A stretch of 64,000 nucleotides of DNA from positions 320,001-384,000 of the forward strand of contig JBOEGF010000018.1 in NCBI GenBank assembly GCA_050633305.1, read 5' to 3'. This document shows, piece after piece, positions 17,960 through 28,461 of the stretch. The translations under genes were made by a program, and so were the position numbers. Within the stretch, counting starts at the first letter, position 1; the number at the start of each line of letters is the position of its first letter. A model generated the notes under the pieces. It did not search any database and was not told the origin of the DNA. It worked only from the letters and a program-made list of their open reading frames with translations. This DNA comes from Nannocystales bacterium (GTDB taxonomy: Bacteria; Myxococcota_A; Polyangia; Nannocystales; Nannocystaceae).

Positions 17960-19477
17960 TCAACTCACCAGTTCCCCAAGATGGTCGGCCAGCCGATGCG
18001 CCAGCGCCACGATGGTCAGCGTCGGGTTCGCGAACCCGCCGGTGGGAAAGACCGAGCTCCCAGCCACGAAGAGGTTGTCGATCCCGTGTACGCGGGAGTT
18101 GGCATCGACAACTCCGGTCGCGGCACTCTCCGACATGCGGGTTGTTCCCATATGATGGCAGCCGCCGGAAACGTTGCCCGGGGAAAACTCCCCGTCGGCA
18201 TTGGGCATCCACAGCCGCCCCAGTCGGGCCCGGGCAAGCGCTGCGCTCCAAAGCTCCAGTGTGCGCTGGACGTCGGCGATGTCCTCATCGGCCACTTTCC
18301 ACCTCACGTTGACCCGCGGAACGCCCAGCGGGTCGAGCTCGTCGCTGAGCATGATTCTGCTGTCGGGTTTGGGACGCTGCTCCGCCCGGAGGTCCAACCT
18401 CAGAAGCTGAACCGCGGGGGGCATGCTACGGATGAAGCGGCGCAGCTGGTCGGGCTGGAGTCCCTCCTCGTCGCCGAGGACCCTGTCGGGGTTGATCTGC
18501 TCAAGCGTCGCGCCCATCGTCACCAGCTCCTCGGCCTCGCGAACCGCCGCGGGCAGCGAGATGGCTGCCTGGTAAACGACCGCGATCCCCTCAGGGGAGG
18601 CGTCGTCGAACGTCAGCGCCTCGGTTCGGGTGGTGTAGAACGAGGTCTCAACATCGTCGGGCAAGGCGAGGAACGCTCGGTTGTAGTAGTGCGGGTGCTC
18701 CATGAAGCACGTGCCCACCAAGCCGTTGGCATTCCCGACCCCCGCGGTCTCTTGCTGGTTTGATGCGAGCAAGATCCGAGCGTTCTCGATCCCCCCCATC
18801 GACAGGACGAAGTGATCGGCCTGCACGGAGAAACGCACGCCCTCTAGCGTAGAGCAGTCGAGCTGCGTCACCGAGCTACCGTCGCCCGACAGCATCACGT
18901 TGACCACGTTGGCGTTGCGGTACGTGGCGAGCGTCGCCATCGACTCGAGGTCGTCGCGGTAGAAGGTCCCAAAGCGGATCGGGGCGCTGTATTGGTAGAT
19001 GATCAACCGCGCCAGCGCGGGGTCTAGGCCCAATGCCGGGGCCCCGGCGCGCTCGGCAATGCCAGCTGCGTCGTACTCGTTGGCTCCGATGACGACTGTT
19101 TCGTGGGCGCGCGCATAGTAGGCTTCCATCTGCTCGGCGGTCACGGGCCAGCCGCTCCCCTCCAGCCATGCTCGGGCGGCGAAGTCGTCGGCTTCGAGTC
19201 GGCGACACCAACCCGCCCAACAGTTGGTCGATCCACCCAACTGCCGAGTGCGGCAGGTGTCGAGCGAGATGTTGAAGTCCCCGCTGTTCTCCCCCCGATA
19301 GAGTTCCTGCGAATCTTCGCTACGCTCGAGACCACCGCCTTCGAGCAGCACCACATCAACCCCGCTCGCAGCGAGGTCGCGGGCCAAGGTGATCCCGGCC
19401 GCGCCTGCGCCTGCGATGCAAACCCGTCCTTGGATCACCTGCCCATCGAGCAGGTCTCGCCCATCAAGCAAAGCCAC
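17960..19477 (-). CDS. GMC family FAD oxidoreductase
   Basis: IAGAGAAG, LGGSTNCWAG, HHMGTTRM, GSSVFPTGGFANPTLTI. Confidence 0.92.
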   Translation of the reverse strand: MALLDGRDLLDGQVIQGRVCIAGAGAAGITLARDLAASGVDVVLLEGGGLERSEDSQELYRGENSGDFNISLDTCRTRQLGGSTNCWAGWCRRLEADDFAARAWLEGSGWPVTAEQMEAYYARAHETVVIGANEYDAAGIAERAGAPALGLDPALARLIIYQYSAPIRFGTFYRDDLESMATLATYRNANVVNVMLSGDGSSVTQLDCSTLEGVRFSVQADHFVLSMGGIENARILLASNQQETAGVGNANGLVGTCFMEHPHYYNRAFLALPDDVETSFYTTRTEALTFDDASPEGIAVVYQAAISLPAAVREAEELVTMGATLEQINPDRVLGDEEGLQPDQLRRFIRSMPPAVQLLRLDLRAEQRPKPDSRIMLSDELDPLGVPRVNVRWKVADEDIADVQRTLELWSAALARARLGRLWMPNADGEFSPGNVSGGCHHMGTTRMSESAATGVVDANSRVHGIDNLFVAGSSVFPTGGFANPTLTIVALAHRLADHLGELVS

Positions 19478-19736
19478 TACCGAACAGACCCTACATGATT
19501 CGAGCGCCACGAGAGCACAGCCGGGTTTCGGTTGGCCCAATAGAATGCTCGAGGGGGGCTGGCAGCCGCCCCGCCGTCGACATGCCATACCGCGACATTG
19601 GTAGCGCGGAACCGTCAGCCGAAACTCGGCGCCCCGGCCCTCGGGACGCCGCGTGAGCTTGGAGATGCAAGGTCGATGGTGCGGTCGAGCTCAGGCTTTG
19701 CGGTGAGCGTGCCCCGAGGACTCGCCGTAGCGTTGC

Positions 19737-19772
19737 TTTCTCTTACTCGATGACTTTGACGCGGCTGCTGCT
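19737..19772. repeat. Direct repeat copy 2, spanning the a2m stop codon
   Basis: Exact 22-mer at 19745-19766 matches 11444-11465. Confidence 0.85.
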
Positions 19773-22700
19773 GCTGTGGCCGAACCGCTCGGGCTCGTAC
19801 ATGGCCTCTGCTTTGACCGGCGGCAGCTGAAAATCGCCGATGGTGGTGGCCCGCGCGGTGTAAGCGTAGGTGTAGACGCCCGCGGGGAGGGTGTCGGCGA
19901 ACAGCAGCATGCGGTCGTCGCGAAGGTCGCTGTGGTCGAAGGTCCACCACGGGTACCACCAGCGGCTTCGGTACCCGCCGGAGGGTCCACCGGTCGTGAC
20001 GCTGCCGGAGATCGCCCCCGCGCCGCTGGTCACGAAGCGGGGGTTGAGCCCTTCGAAGCCCGCGGGGAGGGCGTCGTCGACGACGACGTAGTTCGCCCGG
20101 TCCCGGACCACGACGTTCAGGCTGATCTTGATGTTGGTCCCAGCCTTGATGACCCAGCTTCCGTCGTTGAGTCGACGCACCGCCTTGGGGTCGGGTTCGG
20201 TCTCGCCTTGCTCGGGCATCGCGGCGTAGTGGCGCGAGACGACGAATCCCTGGCTGCGAGCGTCGAGCTGGAGGTCGTCAGGCGCGTACCGAAGACCCAG
20301 ACGGTAGTAGAGCTTGCCGGGGCCTTTTTTGGCCAAGGTCAGGCTGTCTGCGCCCGACTCCTGCAGTGCCTTCATCGGGATGTTCTGTTGCTGCTTGGTC
20401 ATGCTTCGCCCTTCGAAGGTGAAGCTGCCGGCAAAAGCGTCTCCGAGCCAAGCTTGAGCTTCGAAGTTGGGTTCATCGGCTTCGACCACCTCATAGTAGC
20501 GACTGGCGGCAACCAACGCCCATGCGTTGGTGTGGGTGCTTCCCCAGCGCCCGCCCTTCATCGGATCGCGCGAGGCCATGATGCCGGCCATCACCTTCGG
20601 CAGCATCGGGTCCTTGGGGGCGGCGTCGAGCATGGCCATCAAGACGATGGCGTCGGTCTGTACGTTGGAGTGCATCAGGACTCGCAGACCGTCCGCGGCG
20701 TCGGCCTCCGAGCGGCCTTCTTCGAAGTGAATCGTCTTGGGGCTCTCGATGACGGCTTCTCGTAGCTGCGCGAGGATCTCATCGCGCTCGGCGGTCTTGC
20801 CGTAGTTGTGTGCGGCGCTCATCAGATACGCGCGGGCGTACAGCGGCAACTTGTCTCGATGCGTCCAGACGGTGCCGAACAGCTTCTCTCCGCGACTCTC
20901 GCGGCTGAGCAACCAGATCGCGAACGAGCGTGTGGTCCAGTCGTAGTAGACGCCCCAGCGCGAGCGATGCCCGTAGCGGACGAAGTTCTCGACGTAGTTG
21001 AGAGCTGCGTTCAGTTTGCCCTCGTCGACGTCGAACCCGGCCTTCTTGCCTTCGAGCAGCGCGAACGTGGCCCACGTCGAGACGTATGGCCAGCTCTCGC
21101 CGCGGTGCCAGTAGCCGAAGCCACCGTCGGGGTTCTGCTTGGTGAACAGTTTCTCGACCCCGCGGGTTGCGATCGCGGTCCGTGAGACCCGGTCGCGTAC
21201 GCTGGCGATCGGGAACTCGTCCAGGATGTCGCCGAGTACGAAGATCGGGAGCACCCGGCTCGAGGTCTGTTCGGCGCACTCGTAGCGATAGTCGACCAGG
21301 TACTGCACCGAGTCTTCGAGGCCGCTGAGCGCCGTGGAGCTGAAGCTCAGCTCCAGACCCCCGAACGCGGAGAGCACGTCCTTGGGGGCCTCGAGGGTGC
21401 GCAGAATCGAGTCCTCTGTCATCCCGTAGTCGGCGAAGGCCTCGGAGGTGGCCGGGTAGTTCACCGGCACCTCCAGCTGGGTTGCATCCCGCCCCGCGCT
21501 ACTCATTGCAGCGAATTGCACCCGCATGGTGCCGACCGCCTCGGTCTTCATGTCGAAGCGAACCTCCTTGGATTCGCCCGCCGGAATGTCGATGAACTTC
21601 TGGTCCTCAGTTCCGACCGTGACGTTGAGGCCGCGGGTCCCCACGAGCACCTTCTGGTTCTCGCCGGTCTGGTTGTCGACCATGACGCTGGCCTCGAATG
21701 CATCGCCGTAGTTGGCGAATCGGGGCAGGGAGGGGCGGAGCATGATCGGCTTGCGCACGCGAACCTGCGCGTCCCCGCTGCCAAATCGGTCGACCTCCTC
21801 CCGGTCGATGGCGACTGCCATGACGCGGAAGGTGGTGAGGTTCTCCGGCATGTCGATGGTGACGCTGAGCTTCCCCTCTGCGTCGGTCTGCAGGTCCCCG
21901 GCGAAGTACGCCGTGCTCGCGAACAGGGTCCGCAGAGAGACTTCTTGCGCCATAGCCTCTTCGGCTCTGAATGCAAAGCCGGCAGTGTTTCCGCCCAGTG
22001 TCTGTCCTGAGCCGTAGCCGGCGCTCTCCTTGCTCTTCTTCTCGGCGCGTCCCTTGAGCATCGAGCGTTGTCGAGCACCGCCGCCGGGTGCGGCGGAGGC
22101 CGTGGGAGACGGTGGGGCCATCGGCTCCGACGCGTAGGCCATGTCACCGTCGTCCGCGGATTCCTCGAGCTCCATCGGCTCGGCATCGGGCTGTGGTTCA
22201 GGCTCCGGCTCGCCTTCAGTGTCAGGCTCGGGAGCACCTGCCTCTCGGGGAAGCACGTTTCGGTGCAATGCATTCATCCACACGCCGCCGTTGCGCTTGC
22301 GGATGAAGAAACCCAGCGGGTCGGGGGTGGCGTAGTTCATCAAGCTCAGCACGCCTTCGTCGACCACCATGAGCGCGACGCCGGAGGACACCGCTTTGCC
22401 GCCCGCGTCCTTGGTGCTGAGGTTGACGGTCAGCTTGCCCTTGGGCTCGATCTCCTTCGACGAGAGGTCGACCCCGACGTCGATCCGGTGCTCGTCGGCG
22501 CTGATCTTGAGCTCGACCTTGCCTCCGGCGGCGGCAGGCAACCCGAGGTCCTGTCCGGGCGGAGCGCCTTCGACCTCCGTTCGGCCGCGCCAGAGCATCG
22601 CCGAGGCCGTCACACCCGGAGCCCAGGTCTTGGACAGCGGAACTTCGACCGCTGCGGTGCCGCCGTGCACCTCCAGTGGGAAACGCTTGGCGATGCCCTC

Positions 22701-25700
22701 ACGCTCCACAACCAGGATGCCGTGCGCCTCGTCGTACGGTGAGCGGACGAGGATGTTCGCGGTATCGCCGGGTGCGTACTCGCTGCGGTCGGGGACCAGA
22801 TCCACGCGGCTGGTGTTCTGACCCCACACGACGGCATCTTTCCCGTGCACGTAGAACTGGGTCTCGGTCCGGGTCGCGCGCCCCTCATCATCCTTGGCCG
22901 AGCCTCGGATGAGGTACGTGCCCGCGGTGTCGACGGTGATGTCACACGTCGCGGACACGGCTTTGCTCGTGACGTTGCAGGTCGAGACTTCCTGGTCTTT
23001 GGTCTCGTACGAGAACGACCAGCGTCCGTCCTTCTCGACCGCGGTTCGGACGGTCTCGCGTCGCAGGACCTCGATCGCGACCGGTTTGCCCGGTACACGC
23101 TCGCCTTCGAGGTCGACCAGGACCGCCTGGACGGTGGTCTGCTCGCCCTCCTTGAGCACCATCGCATCGGACCGCAGCCCGACATAGACGGTGGCGGGGT
23201 GCACGACAAAGCTGGCCGAACCCGAGATGGCCTGTCGGTTCTCGTCGGTGACCGTCGCGGAGAGGCTGTACGTCGACGCGGCGGGGGGGGCTTCGTCTTT
23301 GTCGGGCTCGGCTGGTGTGACGGCGTCGGGCTTTGCCGCGGGCACAGGGTCGACCGCATGGAGAACATGCTCGACCTCGAACACGCCTTGGGCGGTGGTC
23401 TCGCCGGAGCCTGAAGCGACGATGCGCGAGGGGGGGGTCCACCAACCGTACCGCCGGTACGGCGAGCCGGAGCCGAAGCTGAAGTCACGGTTGAGCTCCC
23501 CTGGCGGAGTGAATCCGCTGTCGGTCCGATTCAGGGAGTAGCGCACGTCGGCCCCGACCATCGGGGCGCCGTGCAGATACTTCGCGAGGACCTCGGCGTT
23601 CAAGGTGTCCTCGTAAACCAGCGGCTTCGAGGTGGGTCGTTCGACGTCGACCTCGAACTCGGGGGTTCGGAAGGTCTCGACCGGAATCGAGTGACGGAAC
23701 GTCTGCGCGCTGCCGAACCAGTTGGCGAAGGTGAGGACGAGCGTGAAGTTCCCGGTCCCGTGTTCCTCCTTGGTGTCGATGTCCAGGGTGAACGCACCGA
23801 GCTTGCTGACCGAGACGTCGCCCGTTGCCACCTCAATGCCGCGCGGGTTGGTGACCCGATAAGCGGCGGTGGAGTCGGAGCGATACAGCGCCAAGCTTCC
23901 CTCAGGTTTTGCCTCCTCTTGCCGGAGGATACCGACGAGGTGAATCGTCTCGCCCGGCTTGTACGGGGTGCGGTCGGTGAAGAAAAAGGCCCGCGGCCGG
24001 TCGGAGGGGGCGTTGCGCGAACTCCAGCCGCCCGCAATGCTCTGGCTGCTTGCGGGGAGGTACGCCGCGTCGGTCGCGGTCTGCACCATGATGTACCCGG
24101 AGTCGATCGAAGCCTCCGGCTCGGCCTGACCTGCGGCATCGGTGGTGCCTGTCCATTTCGTGGAGCCGTAGCGATCGATGAGCGTGACGGTTGCGCCTGC
24201 GACGGGGTCGTTGGTGCTGAGGCTGTGGACGGCGACCAAGCCCCCCGCGTGGTCGAGCGCGGCGGCGATGCCCAGGTCGGTGACCGTGAATGTCTGTGCG
24301 ATGCCCTTGCGCTGCTTGTACCCCCACAGCTCAAACTCATTGCTGCGGGCGATGAACCAACCGATCGTGCCTTTGGAGGCGCCCCCGGCGAGCATCTCCT
24401 GCAGAGGAAGTGCAAGTTCGGAGGGCTTTCGCAGCGATGCGGTCGTGTCGAAGGTCTTCTCGAAGGTGGAGGTGCCGCGGTCCGAAGGCCACGCCCAGTT
24501 CCGATCCCAGTAGCCGTTGGAGAACGTGTGGAGCTCCTTGCCCTCGATGGCGCGGGCTTCGATCTCCACCGCGTCGAGCCCCGCAACCCGCAGCCGCAGC
24601 GAAGGCTTGCTGCCGGCTTCGACGACCAAGGGTTGGGTGCGTGCCTGCGTGAGCTCCAGGTTCGGGAACTGGGGGCCGAGCTTGATGCTGGCTTTGAAGG
24701 GCTTGCCGAGCGTTTGGCCGAATCGATCCTGCAGTCCGCCGTCGACCTCGACGGTGTACTTGGTGTTGCCTTCGAACTCTCCGGACAGCGAGATGCCGTT
24801 CCAGGCCGACGAGACCACGAGTTTGTCGACCTCGGGGCTGACCTTGATGCGTTCGGAGAGCTTGGGGTCCGCGAGCGCGGTGGTGGATGAGAGGTGGATT
24901 CCGTTGCTGGCCCAGCACGGAGCTCCGCAGGCCTGGAGGGCGAGCTTCAGCGGCGGGTAGGTGCTGAAACTGTGGGTGATGGCTCCGCTGCGTTCGGGTC
25001 CTTCCCCGAAGACGCCGGCTGGGATCTTGATCGTGTAGCTGGTGTTCTTGGCGAGCTTGGCCTTCGGCTTGAGGGTCAGGACTCGTGCTGCGCGCTCTTT
25101 GTCCGACGCACTCGCATCCTCGCTCAGCACCGAAGGGACGACCTCCAGCGCAACGCTTCGCCCCGCGCCGCGCATGGTGAGCGCTCCGGCCAACGCGGTC
25201 CGCTCGATCGCCTGGTTGAAGTTCAGGGTGAGGGCCGTGTCCAGGTCGATGTTGCTTCCGCTGGGATAGGCGGAGGTGAGCGCAAGCGTAGGGGTGGAGA
25301 ACGTCCACGACTTCGCTGCGGAAAGGCTATGCCCGTGAATCGAAGTGGCGGTCTCGGGGACGGTGACCGTGTACTTCGTCGAGTACGGCAGACGTCCTTT
25401 GGCTTGCAGCGCGACGGTGCGCGTGCCGAGCCACTGTGCGTCCGCGTCGATGGGAGGGTCGACGAGTAGAGGGACATCTTGGGCCTCGAGGGCCTCGACG
25501 GTCGCAAGCGGGACCATCGCTTCGTTGAAGCTGACGCGTACGGCATCGATCAGCGTTTGGGGACCCGTCGGTCCGAATCGTTGGACCTCGAGCGGGCCCG
25601 GCGGCGGCGTGACGGCGACCCCCGCGTCCGGCGCGACCTCCGGCGGGAAGGGGATCTCGACCGTCTCGCTGACCGACTTGGGCTTGAGCGGTCCCGGACG

Positions 25701-25922
25701 TGGCTTGAGTTCGGTCGCGATGTCCGCGGCATCGGGCACCAGCGGCGGAACGCCTGCCCACAGGTCCAACGCCTTGGGCGCGGCTGTCTCCGCGCCTTTT
25801 TCGGCGTCGGGGGACGCCTCGGCGGCGGGGTCGCTGCCCGTGCAGCCGACGGAAAGCAACGCTGCCGTCACCCAACTCAAGCTACGGCGAAGCCGAAGGC
25901 GGTCGCGCACGTTGTGCCTCAT
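19743..25922 (-). CDS. Bacterial alpha-2-macroglobulin lipoprotein
   Basis: Lipobox SVGC; FTDRTPYKPGETI, VVDEGVL, PENLTTFRVMAVA, thioester CAEQ, LPAGFE, AEAMYEPE; start estimated. Confidence 0.95.
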   Translation of the reverse strand: MRHNVRDRLRLRRSLSWVTAALLSVGCTGSDPAAEASPDAEKGAETAAPKALDLWAGVPPLVPDAADIATELKPRPGPLKPKSVSETVEIPFPPEVAPDAGVAVTPPPGPLEVQRFGPTGPQTLIDAVRVSFNEAMVPLATVEALEAQDVPLLVDPPIDADAQWLGTRTVALQAKGRLPYSTKYTVTVPETATSIHGHSLSAAKSWTFSTPTLALTSAYPSGSNIDLDTALTLNFNQAIERTALAGALTMRGAGRSVALEVVPSVLSEDASASDKERAARVLTLKPKAKLAKNTSYTIKIPAGVFGEGPERSGAITHSFSTYPPLKLALQACGAPCWASNGIHLSSTTALADPKLSERIKVSPEVDKLVVSSAWNGISLSGEFEGNTKYTVEVDGGLQDRFGQTLGKPFKASIKLGPQFPNLELTQARTQPLVVEAGSKPSLRLRVAGLDAVEIEARAIEGKELHTFSNGYWDRNWAWPSDRGTSTFEKTFDTTASLRKPSELALPLQEMLAGGASKGTIGWFIARSNEFELWGYKQRKGIAQTFTVTDLGIAAALDHAGGLVAVHSLSTNDPVAGATVTLIDRYGSTKWTGTTDAAGQAEPEASIDSGYIMVQTATDAAYLPASSQSIAGGWSSRNAPSDRPRAFFFTDRTPYKPGETIHLVGILRQEEAKPEGSLALYRSDSTAAYRVTNPRGIEVATGDVSVSKLGAFTLDIDTKEEHGTGNFTLVLTFANWFGSAQTFRHSIPVETFRTPEFEVDVERPTSKPLVYEDTLNAEVLAKYLHGAPMVGADVRYSLNRTDSGFTPPGELNRDFSFGSGSPYRRYGWWTPPSRIVASGSGETTAQGVFEVEHVLHAVDPVPAAKPDAVTPAEPDKDEAPPAASTYSLSATVTDENRQAISGSASFVVHPATVYVGLRSDAMVLKEGEQTTVQAVLVDLEGERVPGKPVAIEVLRRETVRTAVEKDGRWSFSYETKDQEVSTCNVTSKAVSATCDITVDTAGTYLIRGSAKDDEGRATRTETQFYVHGKDAVVWGQNTSRVDLVPDRSEYAPGDTANILVRSPYDEAHGILVVEREGIAKRFPLEVHGGTAAVEVPLSKTWAPGVTASAMLWRGRTEVEGAPPGQDLGLPAAAGGKVELKISADEHRIDVGVDLSSKEIEPKGKLTVNLSTKDAGGKAVSSGVALMVVDEGVLSLMNYATPDPLGFFIRKRNGGVWMNALHRNVLPREAGAPEPDTEGEPEPEPQPDAEPMELEESADDGDMAYASEPMAPPSPTASAAPGGGARQRSMLKGRAEKKSKESAGYGSGQTLGGNTAGFAFRAEEAMAQEVSLRTLFASTAYFAGDLQTDAEGKLSVTIDMPENLTTFRVMAVAIDREEVDRFGSGDAQVRVRKPIMLRPSLPRFANYGDAFEASVMVDNQTGENQKVLVGTRGLNVTVGTEDQKFIDIPAGESKEVRFDMKTEAVGTMRVQFAAMSSAGRDATQLEVPVNYPATSEAFADYGMTEDSILRTLEAPKDVLSAFGGLELSFSSTALSGLEDSVQYLVDYRYECAEQTSSRVLPIFVLGDILDEFPIASVRDRVSRTAIATRGVEKLFTKQNPDGGFGYWHRGESWPYVSTWATFALLEGKKAGFDVDEGKLNAALNYVENFVRYGHRSRWGVYYDWTTRSFAIWLLSRESRGEKLFGTVWTHRDKLPLYARAYLMSAAHNYGKTAERDEILAQLREAVIESPKTIHFEEGRSEADAADGLRVLMHSNVQTDAIVLMAMLDAAPKDPMLPKVMAGIMASRDPMKGGRWGSTHTNAWALVAASRYYEVVEADEPNFEAQAWLGDAFAGSFTFEGRSMTKQQQNIPMKALQESGADSLTLAKKGPGKLYYRLGLRYAPDDLQLDARSQGFVVSRHYAAMPEQGETEPDPKAVRRLNDGSWVIKAGTNIKISLNVVVRDRANYVVVDDALPAGFEGLNPRFVTSGAGAISGSVTTGGPSGGYRSRWWYPWWTFDHSDLRDDRMLLFADTLPAGVYTYAYTARATTIGDFQLPPVKAEAMYEPERFGHSSSSRVKVIE

Positions 25923-26104
25923 GGGGCGAGCATACATCTGCCCCATGTACGCCCTACCGCACAGAACCGGTCTGTTCGGTAGGCCAGGCAGCACGGAATG
26001 CGGCCCTCTGCGGTCCCCGGGCCGGTACGAATTCTGCGAACATGAAGTTCGTGGCCAACGTGACGCTTCCCGCTCGCATGGAAGCCGGATGTGTTCCGGT
26101 CGCG

Positions 26105-27751
26105 ATGCACGGGCGCGCGCCGGCGCTGTACCGAATCCCGATCACGCTCAGCTTGATGGGCTTGTTCATGATCGCGATTCAGGCTGGCCAGCCCCTGGTC
26201 GGGTTCGCGTCGATGATGGCCGTCCTTGCGACCGCGGCCGCGCTCTCGTTGCGATCGATGGCTCGTCGTTACGCGCCTGCAACGATCCTGCGTGATCAAG
26301 GGGACGCGAAGATGGCCAACGGCCGCTACCGAGAGGCGCGGGCGTTCTATGAACGTGCTCTGGCGATCGTCCAGCGTGAGCTCCCTTTGAGTTCGCCCGA
26401 GGTGCTCTCGGGCAACTACAACCTCGCGGTGGTCTCCTCACTGCTGGGAGATCACGACCAAGCGGCGACGTGTCTCGATGCGCTGCTCTGTGGGTTGGGT
26501 GGCCGCGTCCCGAATGCCTGGTCGGGGCGGATCGCTTGGCTGCTTCGGCGAATCGCTCGGCATCACTCGATCCACGGCCGTCACAGTGGAGCCGAGGAAG
26601 CTTGTCGCCTTGCGCTCGACCTCGTCGGCGACGCTCCGGGAGCGGACGACTGTACGGTGCGCTCGCTGGTCAACGACCTTGCTTGGGCGCACCAGCGTGC
26701 TGGAGACCTTCGCGGGGCGGAGTGCTCGTTCCGTGATGCGCTGTCGATCCACGAGCAGTACCGGGACATCGCAGCGACTCTTGCGGCTCCGTCCGGGGCC
26801 GGTCGGGGAGCGCACCAGTCCCCATACCGAGCGCCAAGCCCCAAGGAAACCACGACCAGCGGCGGCCTCGACCGGGCCGTCGCACACTCTTTGGTCGGCT
26901 TGGGGTGGACACTGTTCGAGTTGGGCCGCTTCGCTGACGCCGACGTGTCGTTTGGTCGGGCGCTGATGCTGGCCTCGTTGTCGGGCGGTCCCGAAGACAT
27001 GTCGCTGCGGGCTGAATCGCTTCGTGGCCGGGGCACGGTCGCGTTCGAGTTGGGACGCTACGCGGACGCCGATCGTTGTTACCGACGTGCCGCCGACGCC
27101 CTGTTGGTGGGGGACACCCCGCAGGCGATCGCCTTGCTTCTCGATCGGGCCTGGTTCGCATGCATTCGGGGAGAGGACCCTCGGGCGGAGGGGCTCTTGG
27201 TCGAGGCGGAGCGACGTCTGCGAACATCGCCCGGCCACGTCTCACTGCAAGGGGCCCTTCACGTTGTCTGGGCCGAGCTTGGGCGACGCCAGGGCAACGA
27301 CAAAGAGGCCCACAAGCATTCACAGCGGGCCGTCGTCTTGGCTGCAGACGCTCTCGCCGAACATCCCCGTCGTGCGAGCGTCCTCGCCTTGGCCACTCGG
27401 GTGCATGTGTCGCGCTCCGAGCTTGCGGCCGCAGAACGATACGGACGACGAGCTCTGGAGCTTCTTCGCGGGAGTGGCCTTCCTCAGACACACCCTCGCT
27501 ACGCCGAGGTCTCGCTCGCGATGGGGGAGCTGCACGCGGCGCGAGGCCAGTGGGGGGCGGCGGAGGAGGCGTTTCGCAGCGCTCTGGAGACTCGAGAGGC
27601 GCGACTGGGACCTGAGCACCCCGCGCTCGATGAGATTCTCGGAGGGTTGACCGGAGTCTACGAAGCCACCGGGCGGACCGCAGAGCAAGCCGACCTGCAG
27701 CAGCGCCGAGAGGCGTTGCTCCACACGGAACCCGCCGAACTCGCGAGCTGA
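26105..27751 (+). CDS. Membrane-anchored TPR protein
   Basis: Two N-terminal hydrophobic helices, then kinesin-light-chain-like TPRs (ALETREARLGPEHP); start uncertain. Confidence 0.8.
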   Translation: MHGRAPALYRIPITLSLMGLFMIAIQAGQPLVGFASMMAVLATAAALSLRSMARRYAPATILRDQGDAKMANGRYREARAFYERALAIVQRELPLSSPEVLSGNYNLAVVSSLLGDHDQAATCLDALLCGLGGRVPNAWSGRIAWLLRRIARHHSIHGRHSGAEEACRLALDLVGDAPGADDCTVRSLVNDLAWAHQRAGDLRGAECSFRDALSIHEQYRDIAATLAAPSGAGRGAHQSPYRAPSPKETTTSGGLDRAVAHSLVGLGWTLFELGRFADADVSFGRALMLASLSGGPEDMSLRAESLRGRGTVAFELGRYADADRCYRRAADALLVGDTPQAIALLLDRAWFACIRGEDPRAEGLLVEAERRLRTSPGHVSLQGALHVVWAELGRRQGNDKEAHKHSQRAVVLAADALAEHPRRASVLALATRVHVSRSELAAAERYGRRALELLRGSGLPQTHPRYAEVSLAMGELHAARGQWGAAEEAFRSALETREARLGPEHPALDEILGGLTGVYEATGRTAEQADLQQRREALLHTEPAELAS

Positions 27752-27760
27752 GGCCCCTCG

Positions 27761-28327
27761 CTAGCCGCGGAGCAAGAGCGCCGTCACAGCCGCGAGGAGT
27801 GCAAGCACCGCGAGGACCGACAGCACGATGAGAGGCGTCCGAGAGGGGGCGGCCGTCGGTCCGAGAGAGGGGGTCGCATCGGGTGCGGGAGAGGCCGCGA
27901 GCATGCTCGAGCTGGACAACAGGGCGGACTGCGACAGCGCGGCGCTGCTCGTCACGTCGGAGCCCGAAGCACTCGCGGTCTGCGACTCATGAGCCGCGCC
28001 GGTCTCCTCCTGCGGTGGTGTTCCGGCGAGCGTCTTGAGATCGATGAGTCCCGAGCCCGCGTCGCTTGCCGGTGCTTGCGCGGCGAGGCGCGCCATTTGT
28101 TTGGGCGCACCACCGAGGGTCTTGTGAGCCTGCATCGCACTGAGCGTGTCGAGCTTGAAGAGCACGGAATCGGCATTGCGCTCGTCCGACATGCCCGAGT
28201 CTGACGAGGGCGCGTGATGTCCCGGTCGGGAGGCCTGAGCCGACTGGTGGGTCGCGGGCTCCTCGGTCGGCGGCGAGAACAGGAGGTCTTCCGAGGGCGC
28301 GGGCGGAGTTTTCACGGGAGCGTTCAA
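27761..28327 (-). CDS. Hypothetical protein with C-terminal TM anchor
   Basis: ERNADSVLFKL and SGLIDL motifs; hydrophobic C-terminus. Confidence 0.65.
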   Translation of the reverse strand: MNAPVKTPPAPSEDLLFSPPTEEPATHQSAQASRPGHHAPSSDSGMSDERNADSVLFKLDTLSAMQAHKTLGGAPKQMARLAAQAPASDAGSGLIDLKTLAGTPPQEETGAAHESQTASASGSDVTSSAALSQSALLSSSSMLAASPAPDATPSLGPTAAPSRTPLIVLSVLAVLALLAAVTALLLRG

Positions 28328-28461
28328 CGCCCCTCAATCAAGCCGGAACGGCGACGCGAATTCTGTACGCCGGCTCGCCTTTCCGAACCGATTTTCGAGG
28401 CGTATTGCAGGAGGAGATCGTGCCGGCGTCTGGGCCTCAACTGGGCTGCTAGAGTAGGGCC

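Larger units (their letters stand above)
11436..19772. mobile_element. Putative 8.3-kb island inserted at the a2m 3' end; no integrase
   Basis: Flanking direct repeats; mixed-orientation accessory genes with long intergenic spacers. Confidence 0.5.
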
